Shown here one piece after another: positions 32,768-43,521 of a stretch of 64,000 nt of DNA. A model generated the notes under the pieces. The model was not told the DNA's origin, did no database searches, and worked only from the letters and a program-made list of their open reading frames with translations. Origin of the DNA: an uncultured Planctomycetota bacterium (lineage in GTDB: Bacteria > Planctomycetota > Planctomycetia > Isosphaerales > Isosphaeraceae). Numbering within the stretch: position 1 is the first letter of the stretch; the number at the start of each line of letters is the position of its first letter. Position numbers and translations under genes: made by a program. The stretch lies in assembly GCA_963737655.1 (NCBI GenBank), contig CAVTTN010000002.1:1184001-1248000 (forward strand), read 5' to 3'.

Positions 32768-32865
32768 TTATGTCCGCCTCGGCCTGGCTCGTGGCGGGGG
32801 AGAACCGGGGACAGAGGGCGCCGAAACTCATGGGATGCCTGGACTTCGGCAGGGACGATCGCCGC

Positions 32866-34212
32866 TCATTTCGCCGGCCCCTGGCGGATCAGCTCGTAGG
32901 AGTGGGGCCGGGGCGTCTTCAACCGGGCGATCTCGGCCTCCTTCTCGGCCACGAGCGGGTCGAACAGGGGGATCTCGACGGCGTTGTTCCCCTGTTCATG
33001 CTTGCGGAATCCGAACAGATACGTTTCGTTCTGCGGCCTCCAGCGGTGGAAATACAGCTCATTCTTGGCGTTGATCGCGGCGCGCAGGGCCCGGGACTGG
33101 TCGTCTTCGCGATGAACCGGGAGGTATAACGTGGACTTGCCGCCGTTCGACTCCGTGAGGAACACCGGGTCCTGGCCGTCATAGGAGATGGCGAATCGGC
33201 CCGGGGGCAGGTCCCGGAAGCCGAGCGAGCCAAACTCGGACATCACCGGGCCGCCCGCCTTGGCCGGACGGTCCTCGGGGGCAAGGCAGGCGGGCAGGCG
33301 GTCGGGGACGACGGCGACTTTCAGTCGCTGATCCGAACAGTGGACCTCCGAGAACCGCGCCCGGTCCGCCTCCCTGTCCGTCCCAGACCAGGAAATGCGC
33401 ATCGTCCAGTTCGTGGAGTGCGAATCGCCGAGCTTGCGGCCCTCCATCTGGCGGGCGATCTCGTGGTCGAGAACCCAGTATCCGAACGGCGAGGGGTGGA
33501 GGCCATCCCCGGTCATGAACCAGACCTGGGGATAGGCCGTGGGGTCCGGGGTATCATGGGGGGCGTCGGGGTCCGGCTTCTTCAGGGGGAAGACCGTCGG
33601 GGCTCTCCCCGTGATCGACGGGTAGAAGATGGGCCCGGTGAACAGATCCACAAACGTACACCCCCGAGCCGAGGCGATACCCCGGATGGCCTCGACGTAC
33701 CGGGCCAGGTCCCGGTTATGGGCCGAGGGGTCCGGCAAGGGCGGCCCGAGGTTTTCGTGCTGGATCGGCGAGATCAGGACGATCCGGGCCTTCGTCTCTC
33801 CCAGGGTGTCGAGCAAGGTCTTCAGCCCCGCCTCGAACTCGGGAAGGCCGGCCTCCCCGGCGAACGACTCGTTCATCCCGTAGGCGACGAGGATCAGGGT
33901 CGGCTTGAGCGCAAGGACGTGCTGTTTCAGGTGTTGGAACCCGTCGGCGCGGCTGCCGAACCGCGCCCGGGCGTCTCCCCAGACGGTGTCCCCGCTCCAT
34001 CCGAGGTTGCGGAAGGTGAAGGTCTTGTCCGGGTTGGCGGCGGTCAGAATTGTTTCGAGGTATCCATACTCGCCGTCCCTCTCGGCGAAGGTATTGCCGA
34101 GATAGACGATCCGGTCGCCGTCGCGGACCTCGACCTTGGGGCCTTCGGCAAGTGCAGGGGATCGGGCGAACAGGGCAATCCCGGGGAGCAGGGCCAGCAG
34201 GAAGGATCTCAC
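32866..34212 (-). CDS. SGNH/GDSL hydrolase family protein, secreted
   Basis: LGNTFAER, RNLGWSGDTV, YGMNE, DGLHP; C-terminal RWRPQNETYLFGFRKHEQG; probable GTG start at 34212. Confidence 0.85.
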   Translation of the reverse strand: MRSFLLALLPGIALFARSPALAEGPKVEVRDGDRIVYLGNTFAERDGEYGYLETILTAANPDKTFTFRNLGWSGDTVWGDARARFGSRADGFQHLKQHVLALKPTLILVAYGMNESFAGEAGLPEFEAGLKTLLDTLGETKARIVLISPIQHENLGPPLPDPSAHNRDLARYVEAIRGIASARGCTFVDLFTGPIFYPSITGRAPTVFPLKKPDPDAPHDTPDPTAYPQVWFMTGDGLHPSPFGYWVLDHEIARQMEGRKLGDSHSTNWTMRISWSGTDREADRARFSEVHCSDQRLKVAVVPDRLPACLAPEDRPAKAGGPVMSEFGSLGFRDLPPGRFAISYDGQDPVFLTESNGGKSTLYLPVHREDDQSRALRAAINAKNELYFHRWRPQNETYLFGFRKHEQGNNAVEIPLFDPLVAEKEAEIARLKTPRPHSYELIRQGPAK

Positions 34213-34556
34213 GGGTCGGCTCCGGTCCGAGAGGGGGCGTCCGGGTCGTCGCGATCGGGGGGCCCGGCTCGATGGAGGCACTCTAGCCGGGTCGGAGGGC
34301 CGAGTCGAGTCCCCGCCGGAGGCCGGAATGGGGGAGGGTCGAGTGGAATCGGATCGGATCGGGCCTCTGTTGCATCTTTTCGCCGTTTCATCCTGGCCGT
34401 TCGTCGAAATGCTGGACCGGCCGTCTCCCATTAACTAGTATGGAATGGGTTCCCGGATCGTTCGGCCCGAATCCTGCTAGGAACGCGACGGGTTCGACGC
34501 TGGAGTCGGGCCTCTGGGTCGATGCGGACTTGCCGGACCTTGGCGAGGTCTCTTCC

Positions 34557-35408
34557 ATGAATCTGAAGGCATCGGATCGTCCTCCCGTGCAGAGATACGG
34601 GGTCGCCCTGGCGTTGAGCGTGGGGGCGCTGGGCACGAAGGTCGTGCTGGGATCGACGTTGGGTTACGAGACGCCGTTCCTGGCGGTGTTCACGGCGGTG
34701 CTGCTGAGCGCCTGGTTCGGCGGGCTGGGCCCGGGCCTGGTGACCACGGGCGTCTCGGCTTTGGGGATCGCGTATTTCTTCCTCTCCCCGGTGAACTCGT
34801 TGCGGGTGGAGAGTTTGCGGACGCTGGTGCAACTGGCGGTGTTCCTGGCCGAGGGGACGGCGATCAGCCTGATCGTGGCGGCGCTGGAGAACCAGAGGCG
34901 GAACCTCGGGGAGATGCGCCTGAAGGCCGAAGTGCTGCGGGACGTCTCCCGGCAGATCGGGGACAAGGCCCGCCTGAGGGCCGATCGCCAGGAGGCGCTG
35001 GTGGACCTGTATCGCCGGGGGATCGCCCAGGGTCCGATCCCGTTGGAGGGGACGGGCCGTCTGGCCACGCTCCTGGGGGTGGATCGGTTGGCGATCCTGG
35101 AGGTGACGGCCGACGGGCGGTCGCTGAGGGCCGTCGTCGGGGACAGCCCGGAGGTGGCGCTGGACTCCCAGGCCGGGGAGGCCCGGGCGTTCGCCTCGGG
35201 CGGATCGGTCGTGTTCGACGAGGCCGGTGTCGGTTCCGGGGCGGCGGTGGCGATTCCGGGTCCGGGGGGCCGGGCTGTTGGTGTAGTCCTGGCAAGCTCG
35301 GCGGCGCGACGGAGCTTCCCGAAAGACGACATGGACTTCCTCCGAGGAACCGCCCGGATCCTGGGAGACGTGATGGGGCTGGTCGGCTCGGGCTGCCGGG
35401 AGGCCTGA
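34557..35408 (+). CDS. DUF4118 (KdpD-like membrane sensor) plus GAF-like domain protein
   Basis: AVLLSAWFGGLGPGL TM motif; C-terminal VGVVLA...RSFPKDDMDFL; start uncertain. Confidence 0.75.
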   Translation: MNLKASDRPPVQRYGVALALSVGALGTKVVLGSTLGYETPFLAVFTAVLLSAWFGGLGPGLVTTGVSALGIAYFFLSPVNSLRVESLRTLVQLAVFLAEGTAISLIVAALENQRRNLGEMRLKAEVLRDVSRQIGDKARLRADRQEALVDLYRRGIAQGPIPLEGTGRLATLLGVDRLAILEVTADGRSLRAVVGDSPEVALDSQAGEARAFASGGSVVFDEAGVGSGAAVAIPGPGGRAVGVVLASSAARRSFPKDDMDFLRGTARILGDVMGLVGSGCREA

Positions 35409-35557
35409 GGCCCGAGCCCCGACCGATCGTCGCCTCGCCGACGGCCCAGGCTCAAAGCCGAAGGGCTGAGGAAAGTTGCGTCTGGAATTCCGGGCGAGTA
35501 CCATCGGGGGCCCGGCGACCCTGGCCCACGTCCCGCCCCTCGACCCCGGCACCCTCG

Positions 35558-37385
35558 ATGGCCGAATTCTGGCAAATCCGCGTCTTCGACCAGCACGAAC
35601 CGGTCTATTCGACCGAAGTGCCGGGCAAGGTCGTCCTCGGGCGTCAGGGCACGCCCGGGGAACGGCTGTACTCCAAGACGACCGGGCCGGACGGGACCTG
35701 CCGGATCGTCATGGCCGGCCGGGACGAGGACTTCGTCTCCCGTCAGCACGCCCAGCTCGACCCGTCGGGCCCCGGGACGCTCCGCCTGAAGAACGTCAGC
35801 GCGAAGGTGCCGATCCGGCTCCAGGACAATACCGAACTAATGCCCGGGGCCGATTGCGAACTGGTCCTGCCGACGGTCATCACGCTGGGTCGCAAAGTCA
35901 TACGGGTCCTGGAGGTTGCGCCCGACGACCTCCAGTTCCAGAGCCTGCCCGAAGCCACCTCGCCCGGCGTCTCCATGGCCACGCCGACGGTCTTGACCTC
36001 GCTGAACATCCCGGGCCAGAACATCAACTTCGAGGAGATCATCACCTGGCTGAAGGCGGCGATGGGCGTCCTCCAAAGCGCCGCGACCAGCCACGACTTC
36101 TTCGAGAAAGCCGCCCAGGCCGTGGTGGAGACCGTCGGGCTGGACACCGGGCGCGTCCTCTTGCTGGAAGGCGGGGAGTGGCGGACCGTCAGCGCCTTCT
36201 CGGATCGGGGCGAGGCGCCGGGGCCGAGTCGGCGCCCAGCCGGAGCGTCCTGAACCGGGTCCTGAAGGACCGCTGCACCCTCTGGCTCGGGCCCGACCCC
36301 AACGCCCCCGGGGGCGTGGATAGCTTGCTGGGCGTCTCGGCCGTCGTCGCCTCGCCGATCCTGGATGAGAAGGGCGAGGTCATCGGCGCCCTCTACGGCG
36401 ATCGCAAGCGGTATCGCAGCCCGGGCCAGCCGCCCCGGATCACCCGGCTCGACGCCATGCTCGTCGAGCTCCTGGCCAGCGGGGTGGCCGCCGGCCTGGC
36501 GCGGACCGAGTTCGAACGCCGGGCCGTCGCCGCACGTGTTCAATTCGAACAATTCTTCACGCCGGAACTCGCTCACCAGATCGCCATCCGGCCCGAGCTT
36601 TTGGAGGGGCAGGAATCCGAGATCACCCTGCTGTTCTGCGACATCCGCGGATTCAGCCGGATCAGCGAGCACCTCGGGCCGGCCAAGACCGTCCGATGGA
36701 TCAACGGCGTGATGGGCACCCTCTCCGACTGCGTCCTGGCCCACGGCGGCGTCCTCGTCGACTACATCGGCGACGAGCTGATGGCCATGTGGGGCGCCCC
36801 GGCCGAGCAGCCCGACCACGCCCGGCTCGCCTGCCGAGCCGCCCTCCAGATGCTCGAGATCCTCCCCGAGATGAACGAGGAGTGGATCGGCGAGATCGGC
36901 CAGCCCTTCGACCTCGGCATCGGCCTGAACACCGGGATCGCCCGCGTCGGCAACACCGGATCACGTCACAAATTCAAGTATGGACCCCTGGGCAATACCG
37001 TGAACATGGCCAGCCGTGTTCAGGGCGTCACCAAATACCTGAAAGTGCGCCTCCTCGTCACCCAGGCCACCCGCGAGCGCCTCGGCAAGGAGGAGTTCGC
37101 GCCCGGAGGATCGGCAAGGTCCGCGTCGTGAACATCGCCGAGCCCGTGGACCTCTTCGAGGTCAAGCCCGTGGGCAACCAGGAGTGGGAGGCGCTCTGCC
37201 TCGAATACGAGTCCGCCCTGGCCGAGTTCGAGCGCGAGGGCTTCCGCATGGCCACCCGCATCCTCGGCGGCCTCCTGACCGAGCACCCCGACGACGGCCC
37301 CTCCATGGTCCTCCTCTCCCGGGTGGTCCAGAGCCTCGTCGATCCCGAGACCTTCGACCCCGTCTTCGTCGCGCCCGGGAAATGA
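35558..37385 (+). CDS. FHA-GAF-class III adenylate/guanylate cyclase (frameshifts ~36230 and ~37100)
   Basis: LGR...VSRQHA (FHA); GAF; LFCDIRGFS, YIGDELMAMWGAP, GNTVNMASR. Confidence 0.88.
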
Positions 37386-37429
37386 ACTAGCGTTTAGTTA
37401 TTCCTTCATATCCAAATCCGAGGGCCGCC

Positions 37430-38709
37430 ATGATCGCCCCCTTGCTGGTCCTGGCCGCCCTGGGCGGGCCCATCTCCGGCGACGGTCGTCCCTCGGCCGG
37501 GGACTATCGCCGCCAGGCCGAGCGGTGCCGCGGACTCCTGAAGGCCAGCCTCCTCGCCTTCTACCTGCCGGCGAGCCTCGACCGCGAGGACGGAGGCTAC
37601 CTCGAAGGTTTCGAGGACGGCCGGTTCCGGCCCATCGGCGAGAAGTTCCTCGTCCATCAGGCCCGCCAGCTCTGGTTCTTCAGCACGCTCGCCTCCGAAG
37701 GGATCGAGCGCGACGCCTCGCTCGTTGCGGCGAAATCAGGATATGTATTCTTGCACGAGAAGATGAGGGACCGCGACCTTGGAGGCTACTTCGCCCGGGT
37801 CTCGGACTCGGGTTCGCCCAGGGACATGAGGAAGCACGCGTATCTCCAGGCGTTCGCGCTTTACGGACTCGTCGCCTACGCCGGGGCCTCGGGCGACGCC
37901 GAGGCGCTCGAAGCCGCCCGGGCCCTGTTCCGGACGCTCGACGCGAAGGCCCACGACGCCCGATACGGCGGATACGCCGAATCCTTCGCCCGGGACTGGT
38001 CGCCGATCGACGACCCGAAGTCGCCCGGGATCGTCGGGGCGCCCGGCACGAAGACCTTCAACACCCACCTCCACCTCCTCGAAGCCTTCGCCGCGCTGTA
38101 CCGGGCCTGGCCCGATCCGACCCTGAAATCGCGGCTGGAAGAATTGATCGCCATCAACACGTTGACGGTCCGCCACCCCGAATTCCCGTGCAACCTCGAC
38201 GGCTGGAGGCCCGACTGGTCGCGGATCGACACCCCGGCGAACCTCCTCGCCAGCTACGGCCACGACATCGAATGCACCTGGCTCGTCCTCGACGCGGCCG
38301 ACGCCCTGAAACGGCCGCCGACGCTGCTCCGGTCGTGGTCCGAGGGCCTGTGCGATCACGCCTTGACGCATGGATTCGACCGCGAGCACGGCGGCTTCTT
38401 CTACACAGGCCCGCCCGGCCGGCCGGCCGAGGACCGCCGGAAGGAATGGTGGGTCCAGGCCGAAGGGCTCGTCGCCATGATCGACCTCCACCGAGACACC
38501 GGCCGCCGCGACGCCTTCGACGCCTTCGTCAAGACGCTCGACTTCGTCGAGAAACACCAGGTCTGCCCCGAGGGCGGCTGGTATCGCGCCGGAAGGCCGA
38601 CGGCTCCCCCCTGGACGACGCCCGCAGCGGCCCGTGGCAGGCCGCCTACCACTCCGGCCGGGCCTTGCTCCTCTCGGCGAGACGACTAGAGGCGCTGGCG
38701 GGTCGATAG
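37430..38709 (+). CDS. AGE family epimerase, cellobiose 2-epimerase-like (frameshift ~38590)
   Basis: QARQLWFFS, NTHLHLLEAF, SYGHDIE, WWVQAE, W..AYHSGRA. Confidence 0.88.
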
Positions 38710-39021
38710 ATCCGGTTCGAGCCTCGGGAGCCCACCGCGAGAGCGGGCTTCCTGGCACTGCTCGGACCCGGCGGCGAATTCACGGCATGTCGCGGGCCGA
38801 GATTCATAAATCTCACAACGATTCGACCCGTCCAGGAACGGGCAGGCGGCGAGGAAGGGCAGGGGGAACAGGGCGAACGCCCACCCCGGCGCCTCCAGGT
38901 GATCGGGCAGGCGGCGGCCCTCGGAGACGATCCGGGGCTCGCGCTCCGCGTCGCCGATCGAGACGAAGATCGGGAACGTCCGACAGCAGGCCCCGCACCC
39001 ATCGCATTCGTAGTCGAACAT
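38686..39021 (-). CDS. YkgJ family cysteine cluster protein
   Basis: CDGCGACC...CPFL...CEIYESRPATCR. Confidence 0.88.
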   Translation of the reverse strand: MFDYECDGCGACCRTFPIFVSIGDAEREPRIVSEGRRLPDHLEAPGWAFALFPLPFLAACPFLDGSNRCEIYESRPATCREFAAGSEQCQEARSRGGLPRLEPDLSTRQRL

Positions 39022-39038
39022 ACTCTCGCCGCCTCGCC

Positions 39039-41111
39039 TCACTCGGATGTCTTCGGGGCCCCGGTTTTCATGCGTTCCACGAGCCGGTCCATCTCGGCGA
39101 GTTCCTCGGTGAAGGGGGCCTGGACCGGCGGGAAGCGGAAGCCGGTCTTGGGGTCGAGGTCGAAGGCCGTCACGCGGAAGCTGATCGCGAACCGCTCGCG
39201 CTTCCATTGCGCGAAGCAGAACAGGCGGACGAACTTGCGGATGTGGGCCGCGAAGGCCGAGACGTCCCCGCCGTAGGTCTCGCGCATCGCCGGCCAGAGC
39301 CTCCGCAGCATCCCCTCCGGGTCCAGCCCGAGCTGCACGAACGCGTACATGAGCTGATCGAGCACGGGAAACGGCATGAGGTCCGCCTCATCCGTCTGCG
39401 CCTGGCCCGGCGGCCGGAGTTCGGCCGTGGCCTCCATCACGTCCACGCGGTCGAACCCGGCGAGCCCGTGGAAGTGCCGGGCCCAGGCCAGGTACAGCTT
39501 GACGAGGCTCTTGGGCACGTCGGCGATCGGCGCCAGACCCCCGCTGGAGTCTCCGTCCATCGTCGTGTAGCCGACGGCCGCCTCGCTCTTGTTGCTGGTG
39601 ACCAGGAGCAGGGCGTTGTGCAGGTTCGCGACGGTCCAGATCAGCATCCCCCGCAGGCGCGCCTGGATATTTTGCATGGTGATATCGTGGCGCGTTTCGG
39701 TCCAGGAGAGGCGCTCGCCGGTCATCCGCTCGACGACCGCCTGGGCCGAGTCCAGGGCCGGCTGGACCTGCCCGTCCAGGAACGTGGCGCCGATCTCCCG
39801 GGCCACGGCCTCGGCCGCGTCGTGGGTCGCGCGGCCGGAGTTCTCCGTGGCCATGTAGGCGCACACGAACGTCCTGCCCACGAGCCGCCTCTGCTCTTCG
39901 GCCGACAGGCCCGGATACCAATATCTGTACATCCTCGCGACGATCAATGCCACCATCGCGCTGTCCCGGCCGCCCGAGAGCGCCAGGCAGAGCTTGGGCA
40001 CGCCCGACTTGCGGACGTAGTCGCGCAGCGCCAGCGCCAGGGCCAGCTCCAGCTCCAGGTGGTTCAGGTCGCGCTCGGTGATCGCCCGGCCCTCGAGCGC
40101 CTCGGATTCCAGGTACTCCAGGGACGGGTCGGGATGCGGAGGCTCGGGAGGAATCCAGTACGGCGACGGCGGGGGCGCCTGGTCCGTCGTCGAGAAGTCT
40201 CCCGCCACCCGGACGCAGCTCGGCGCCGAGCCGAACGCGCCGGCCCTGGCCCGGCCGAGCTGGTCGCGCCACGAGCCTTCTTCCATGCGAACATGCCGGA
40301 GTTCCGACAGGTCCACGACCTGATGGACGAGCTCCCAATCCCGAGTGAACACGAACCGGCGCCCCTCCGCGAGCGTCTGCCCGTTCATCGCGAGGAAGAG
40401 GCTGCCGTCGAAGATCAAGCGAGTCGCATCGGCACCCAATAGTGACGAATACATATAGACGCAATGGTCCTCGCGGCTGATCTGCTCGACCATCCGGCGG
40501 CGGACGCGGTGCTTGCCGATCGTGAACCACGAGGCCGACGGGTTCATGATGATCTCGGCGCCGGCCAGGGCGTACGTCGAGCCGGGCCGGATGCCCTTCC
40601 AGGCATCCTCGCAGATCTCGAACGCCACGGTGGCCAGGCCCGGCAGGTCGAACATCTGCGTCCCCAGGGGCACGACCTCGCCGCCGGGCCCGCGATACTC
40701 GACGAGCCGGCCGTGGGGCCACGGGGAGAAGTACCGATTCTCATATTCCACATCGCCGACGGCCAGGTTCTCCTTGGCGACCAGGCCCACGAGCTTCCCG
40801 TCGGCCAGGAAGCCCATCGCGTTGTACAGGACGCCCTCGAAGACGATCGGCAAGCCGGCGGCCACGGCCATCCCGGTCGTCGCGTCGGCCAGGCGGACGA
40901 GCCGGTCCCACGAGCGTTCGATCGTGCCGGTCCTCATCAGGCGGTCGCCCAGGCTGTAGCCGGAGATGCTCATCTCGGGCAAGAGCAGGAGCTTCGCGCC
41001 GGCCTCGCGGGCCGCCGCGATCGCCTCGCGGGACCGGCTCTCATTGCCGGCCCAGTCGCCGACCGTCTGGTTCAGCGAAGCCACGGCCAGGTGAGCCTGA
41101 TGAAACGGCAT
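39039..41111 (-). CDS. nadE: Glutamine-dependent NAD(+) synthetase
   Basis: Nitrilase domain (PEM..SGY, KENL, ICED) plus SGGRDSA, QNIQARLRG, NKSE..VGY.T..GD, TAELRP, QWKR. Confidence 0.95.
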   Translation of the reverse strand: MPFHQAHLAVASLNQTVGDWAGNESRSREAIAAAREAGAKLLLLPEMSISGYSLGDRLMRTGTIERSWDRLVRLADATTGMAVAAGLPIVFEGVLYNAMGFLADGKLVGLVAKENLAVGDVEYENRYFSPWPHGRLVEYRGPGGEVVPLGTQMFDLPGLATVAFEICEDAWKGIRPGSTYALAGAEIIMNPSASWFTIGKHRVRRRMVEQISREDHCVYMYSSLLGADATRLIFDGSLFLAMNGQTLAEGRRFVFTRDWELVHQVVDLSELRHVRMEEGSWRDQLGRARAGAFGSAPSCVRVAGDFSTTDQAPPPSPYWIPPEPPHPDPSLEYLESEALEGRAITERDLNHLELELALALALRDYVRKSGVPKLCLALSGGRDSAMVALIVARMYRYWYPGLSAEEQRRLVGRTFVCAYMATENSGRATHDAAEAVAREIGATFLDGQVQPALDSAQAVVERMTGERLSWTETRHDITMQNIQARLRGMLIWTVANLHNALLLVTSNKSEAAVGYTTMDGDSSGGLAPIADVPKSLVKLYLAWARHFHGLAGFDRVDVMEATAELRPPGQAQTDEADLMPFPVLDQLMYAFVQLGLDPEGMLRRLWPAMRETYGGDVSAFAAHIRKFVRLFCFAQWKRERFAISFRVTAFDLDPKTGFRFPPVQAPFTEELAEMDRLVERMKTGAPKTSE

Positions 41112-41142
41112 CGGTCGGACCTTCTTGAGGAACTCGTCGGAC

Positions 41143-41450
41143 TTGTCAGTTGTCAGTTGTCAGTTGTCAGTTGTCAGTTGTCAGTTGTCAGTTGTCAGTT
41201 GTCAGTTGTCAGTTGTCAGTTGTCAGTTGTCAGTTGTCAGTTGTCAGTCCACTCGTTCCCACGCTCCGCGTGGGAATGCCGTCTTCGACGCTCCCGCGTC
41301 GGGTTCGGTTCGACGACGGAACCGTGATGGGACGATTACATCGAGGACTCCTCCGGCACGCGGAGCGTGCAAGACGGCATTCCCACGCGGAGCGCGGGAA
41401 CGAGTGGACTGACAACTGACAACTGATGACTGACAACTGACAACTGACAA
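41143..41450. repeat. Inverted heptamer arrays, (TTGTCAG)15 and (CTGACAA)~6, enclosing a REP doublet
   Basis: Arrays at 41143-41247 and 41409-41450; inner ACTCGTTCCCACGCTCCGCGTGGGAATGCCGTCTT ... AAGACGGCATTCCCACGCGGAGCGCGGGAACGAGT. Confidence 0.95.
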
Positions 41451-41459
41451 CTCCGGTAT

Positions 41460-43458
41460 TCACGGCCGGAGCGTCGGGAACTCGGTCACGCGAAGATCCG
41501 TGCATCCATAAGGGATGAGCGTGAGGTCTTCCATCGGCCGATCGCTCGTCACCGGGCTCTTCGGCGGCGGGGCGGCGGCGTTCTTCTCCAGGGTCCATGA
41601 CGGCAGCCTCCGCCCCTTGACCTTCGCCGTGATCGGCGCCCCGTCCTGAGAGAACGGCCGGTCGCCGACGGGCCTGGTCTCGAAGCTCACCGAGGCCTCG
41701 GGATGGTCGCGGTCGATCGCCAGGGCATAATTCCACGGGGTCGTGGGGAAGACCTCGTAGTCGGCATACGGCTCCTTCCCCCGGAGCGTCTTCCACTCGG
41801 CGCCGATCTTCAAGGAATAGACCAGCGGGCCGCGCTGGATGGCCACGGAGTCGTTGTATCCCGCGAGGAGCGCGACGTCCATCGAGAGGTCGAGGGTGAG
41901 GATCGTGGTGTCTCGCCAGGTGATGGACATGGGGTCGAAGAAGGCGGGTTCCTTCGTCCCCCTGGCCGGGACGATGTTGTAAGCGGTCCTCTTGATCGAC
42001 GTGATCTCATCGCGGCCGTCCGGAAATTGGAGCCGCCTCGCCGCCTCGGCGGCGATCGTCTTCGCCCAACCGGGCTTGCGGAAGTAGATCGGGAACTCCA
42101 TCGGCTCCGGGACGGTGACCTTCATGGTGATCCGGCCGGAGAAGGGATAGTCCGTGACCGTCTCGACCCGCACCGGCTTGCCCTTCACCGTCGTCTCCAG
42201 GACGCTCGGCGCGTAGGCCAGCGCGACGAGCCCGATCATTCGGGGTCCGACCCCAGAGGTGGGTGACGAACTTGGGCCAGCCCTGGTGCATGTTCGCGGT
42301 GCAGCACCCGAAGTTCGGTTCGAGGCCGAAGAGATTGGCATCGGGACCATTATCCGTGTATACGCGAGGGTCCGAGACCTTGCACACGACCTGATTGGCC
42401 TGCTGGTCGTACTGATGGGCGGTCATGTCCTTGCGGAAGGTGGCGGGGAAGGCGTTGAAGGCGAGCCGTTCGAGGCGGTCGCCCAGGGCGGCGTCTCCCG
42501 AGATCGCCTCGGCGACTTCGAGCGAGTACATCGCCTCGGCCACCGTGCAGAGCTCGGTCCCCTGCGACGGGCTCCGGCCGGCGAGGTGCTCGTCGCACGA
42601 GAAGATCCCGGTGGGCTGGCCGTGGTGGGCGTCGAGCTGGTCGAGCATGTTGGTGATCGCGTCGCGGTCCTTCGAGTCGCCGGTCAGGCGACTGCGGACC
42701 CCGCCGAATTTCAGGCCCATCCCGGTGTTCACGCCGTGGTTGTCCAGCCCGTAGGGGCCGTCCTTCGTGCGAAAGCGCTCGAAGTTCTCGAAGTGCTTGC
42801 GCCAGTCGTATCCCTGCTTCATCACCTTCGCCGCGAGGTCCAGAGGCAGACGATCGCCGGTCTTCTCGTGGAGCCAGAGGAGAGGGACGGCGAGGTCGGC
42901 CGCGCGGAAGTGGGCCCAGCTATAGATGGGATCCTTCGTGATGACTTCGTCAATCTTCTTGCTACACTTCAGGAGGGCCGGAATGATGCGGGGGTCGCCG
43001 GTGGCCTCCTGGTACTGCGTGAACGCCTTGAACAGGACGAACAGGGGCCAGACGTCGTACGGCTTGTGGCCGGGGTCGTTGTCGCCCACGGGCCCCATCC
43101 AGCCGTCGGCGGCCTGGTGGTCGAGGATGTAATCGACGTACTTCTTGACCTTCCCCTTGAGCGTCGGGTCGTCGAGCAGGAAGGCCAGCGGGATGGCGCC
43201 GTCGAGCCAGTAGGGCGTGCGCTCCCAGCCCTCGGCCTTGCCGCCGATCCAGGCCGAGTCCTTGATGTCGGGCCAGAACTCGTCGAGGTGGCCGCCGAGC
43301 CCCTCGGCCTGGATCTTCAATTGATTCTTCAGCCACCCGGCCGGTTTGATGGCTCCGAGGGGGAGTTCGGAGAAGGCCGGCGGCTTGAGCGACGGACGAT
43401 CGTCGGCGCCGGCGGTCGCGACGACGACGAGTACGGCGAGCGCCAGAAGAGTGCGCAT
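41460..43458 (-). CDS. Glycoside hydrolase family 127-like (beta-L-arabinofuranosidase-like) (frameshift ~42245)
   Basis: GWERTPYWLDG, HGVN, GTELC, CCTANMHQGWPK, TDYPF, RGPLVY, LIPYGC. Confidence 0.88.
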
Positions 43459-43521
43459 GTCGGTTCCTCTTGAGACGGGTTCTGGGACCCGGACCCCCTC
43501 GGACGGCCGCGGGAGAACAGG

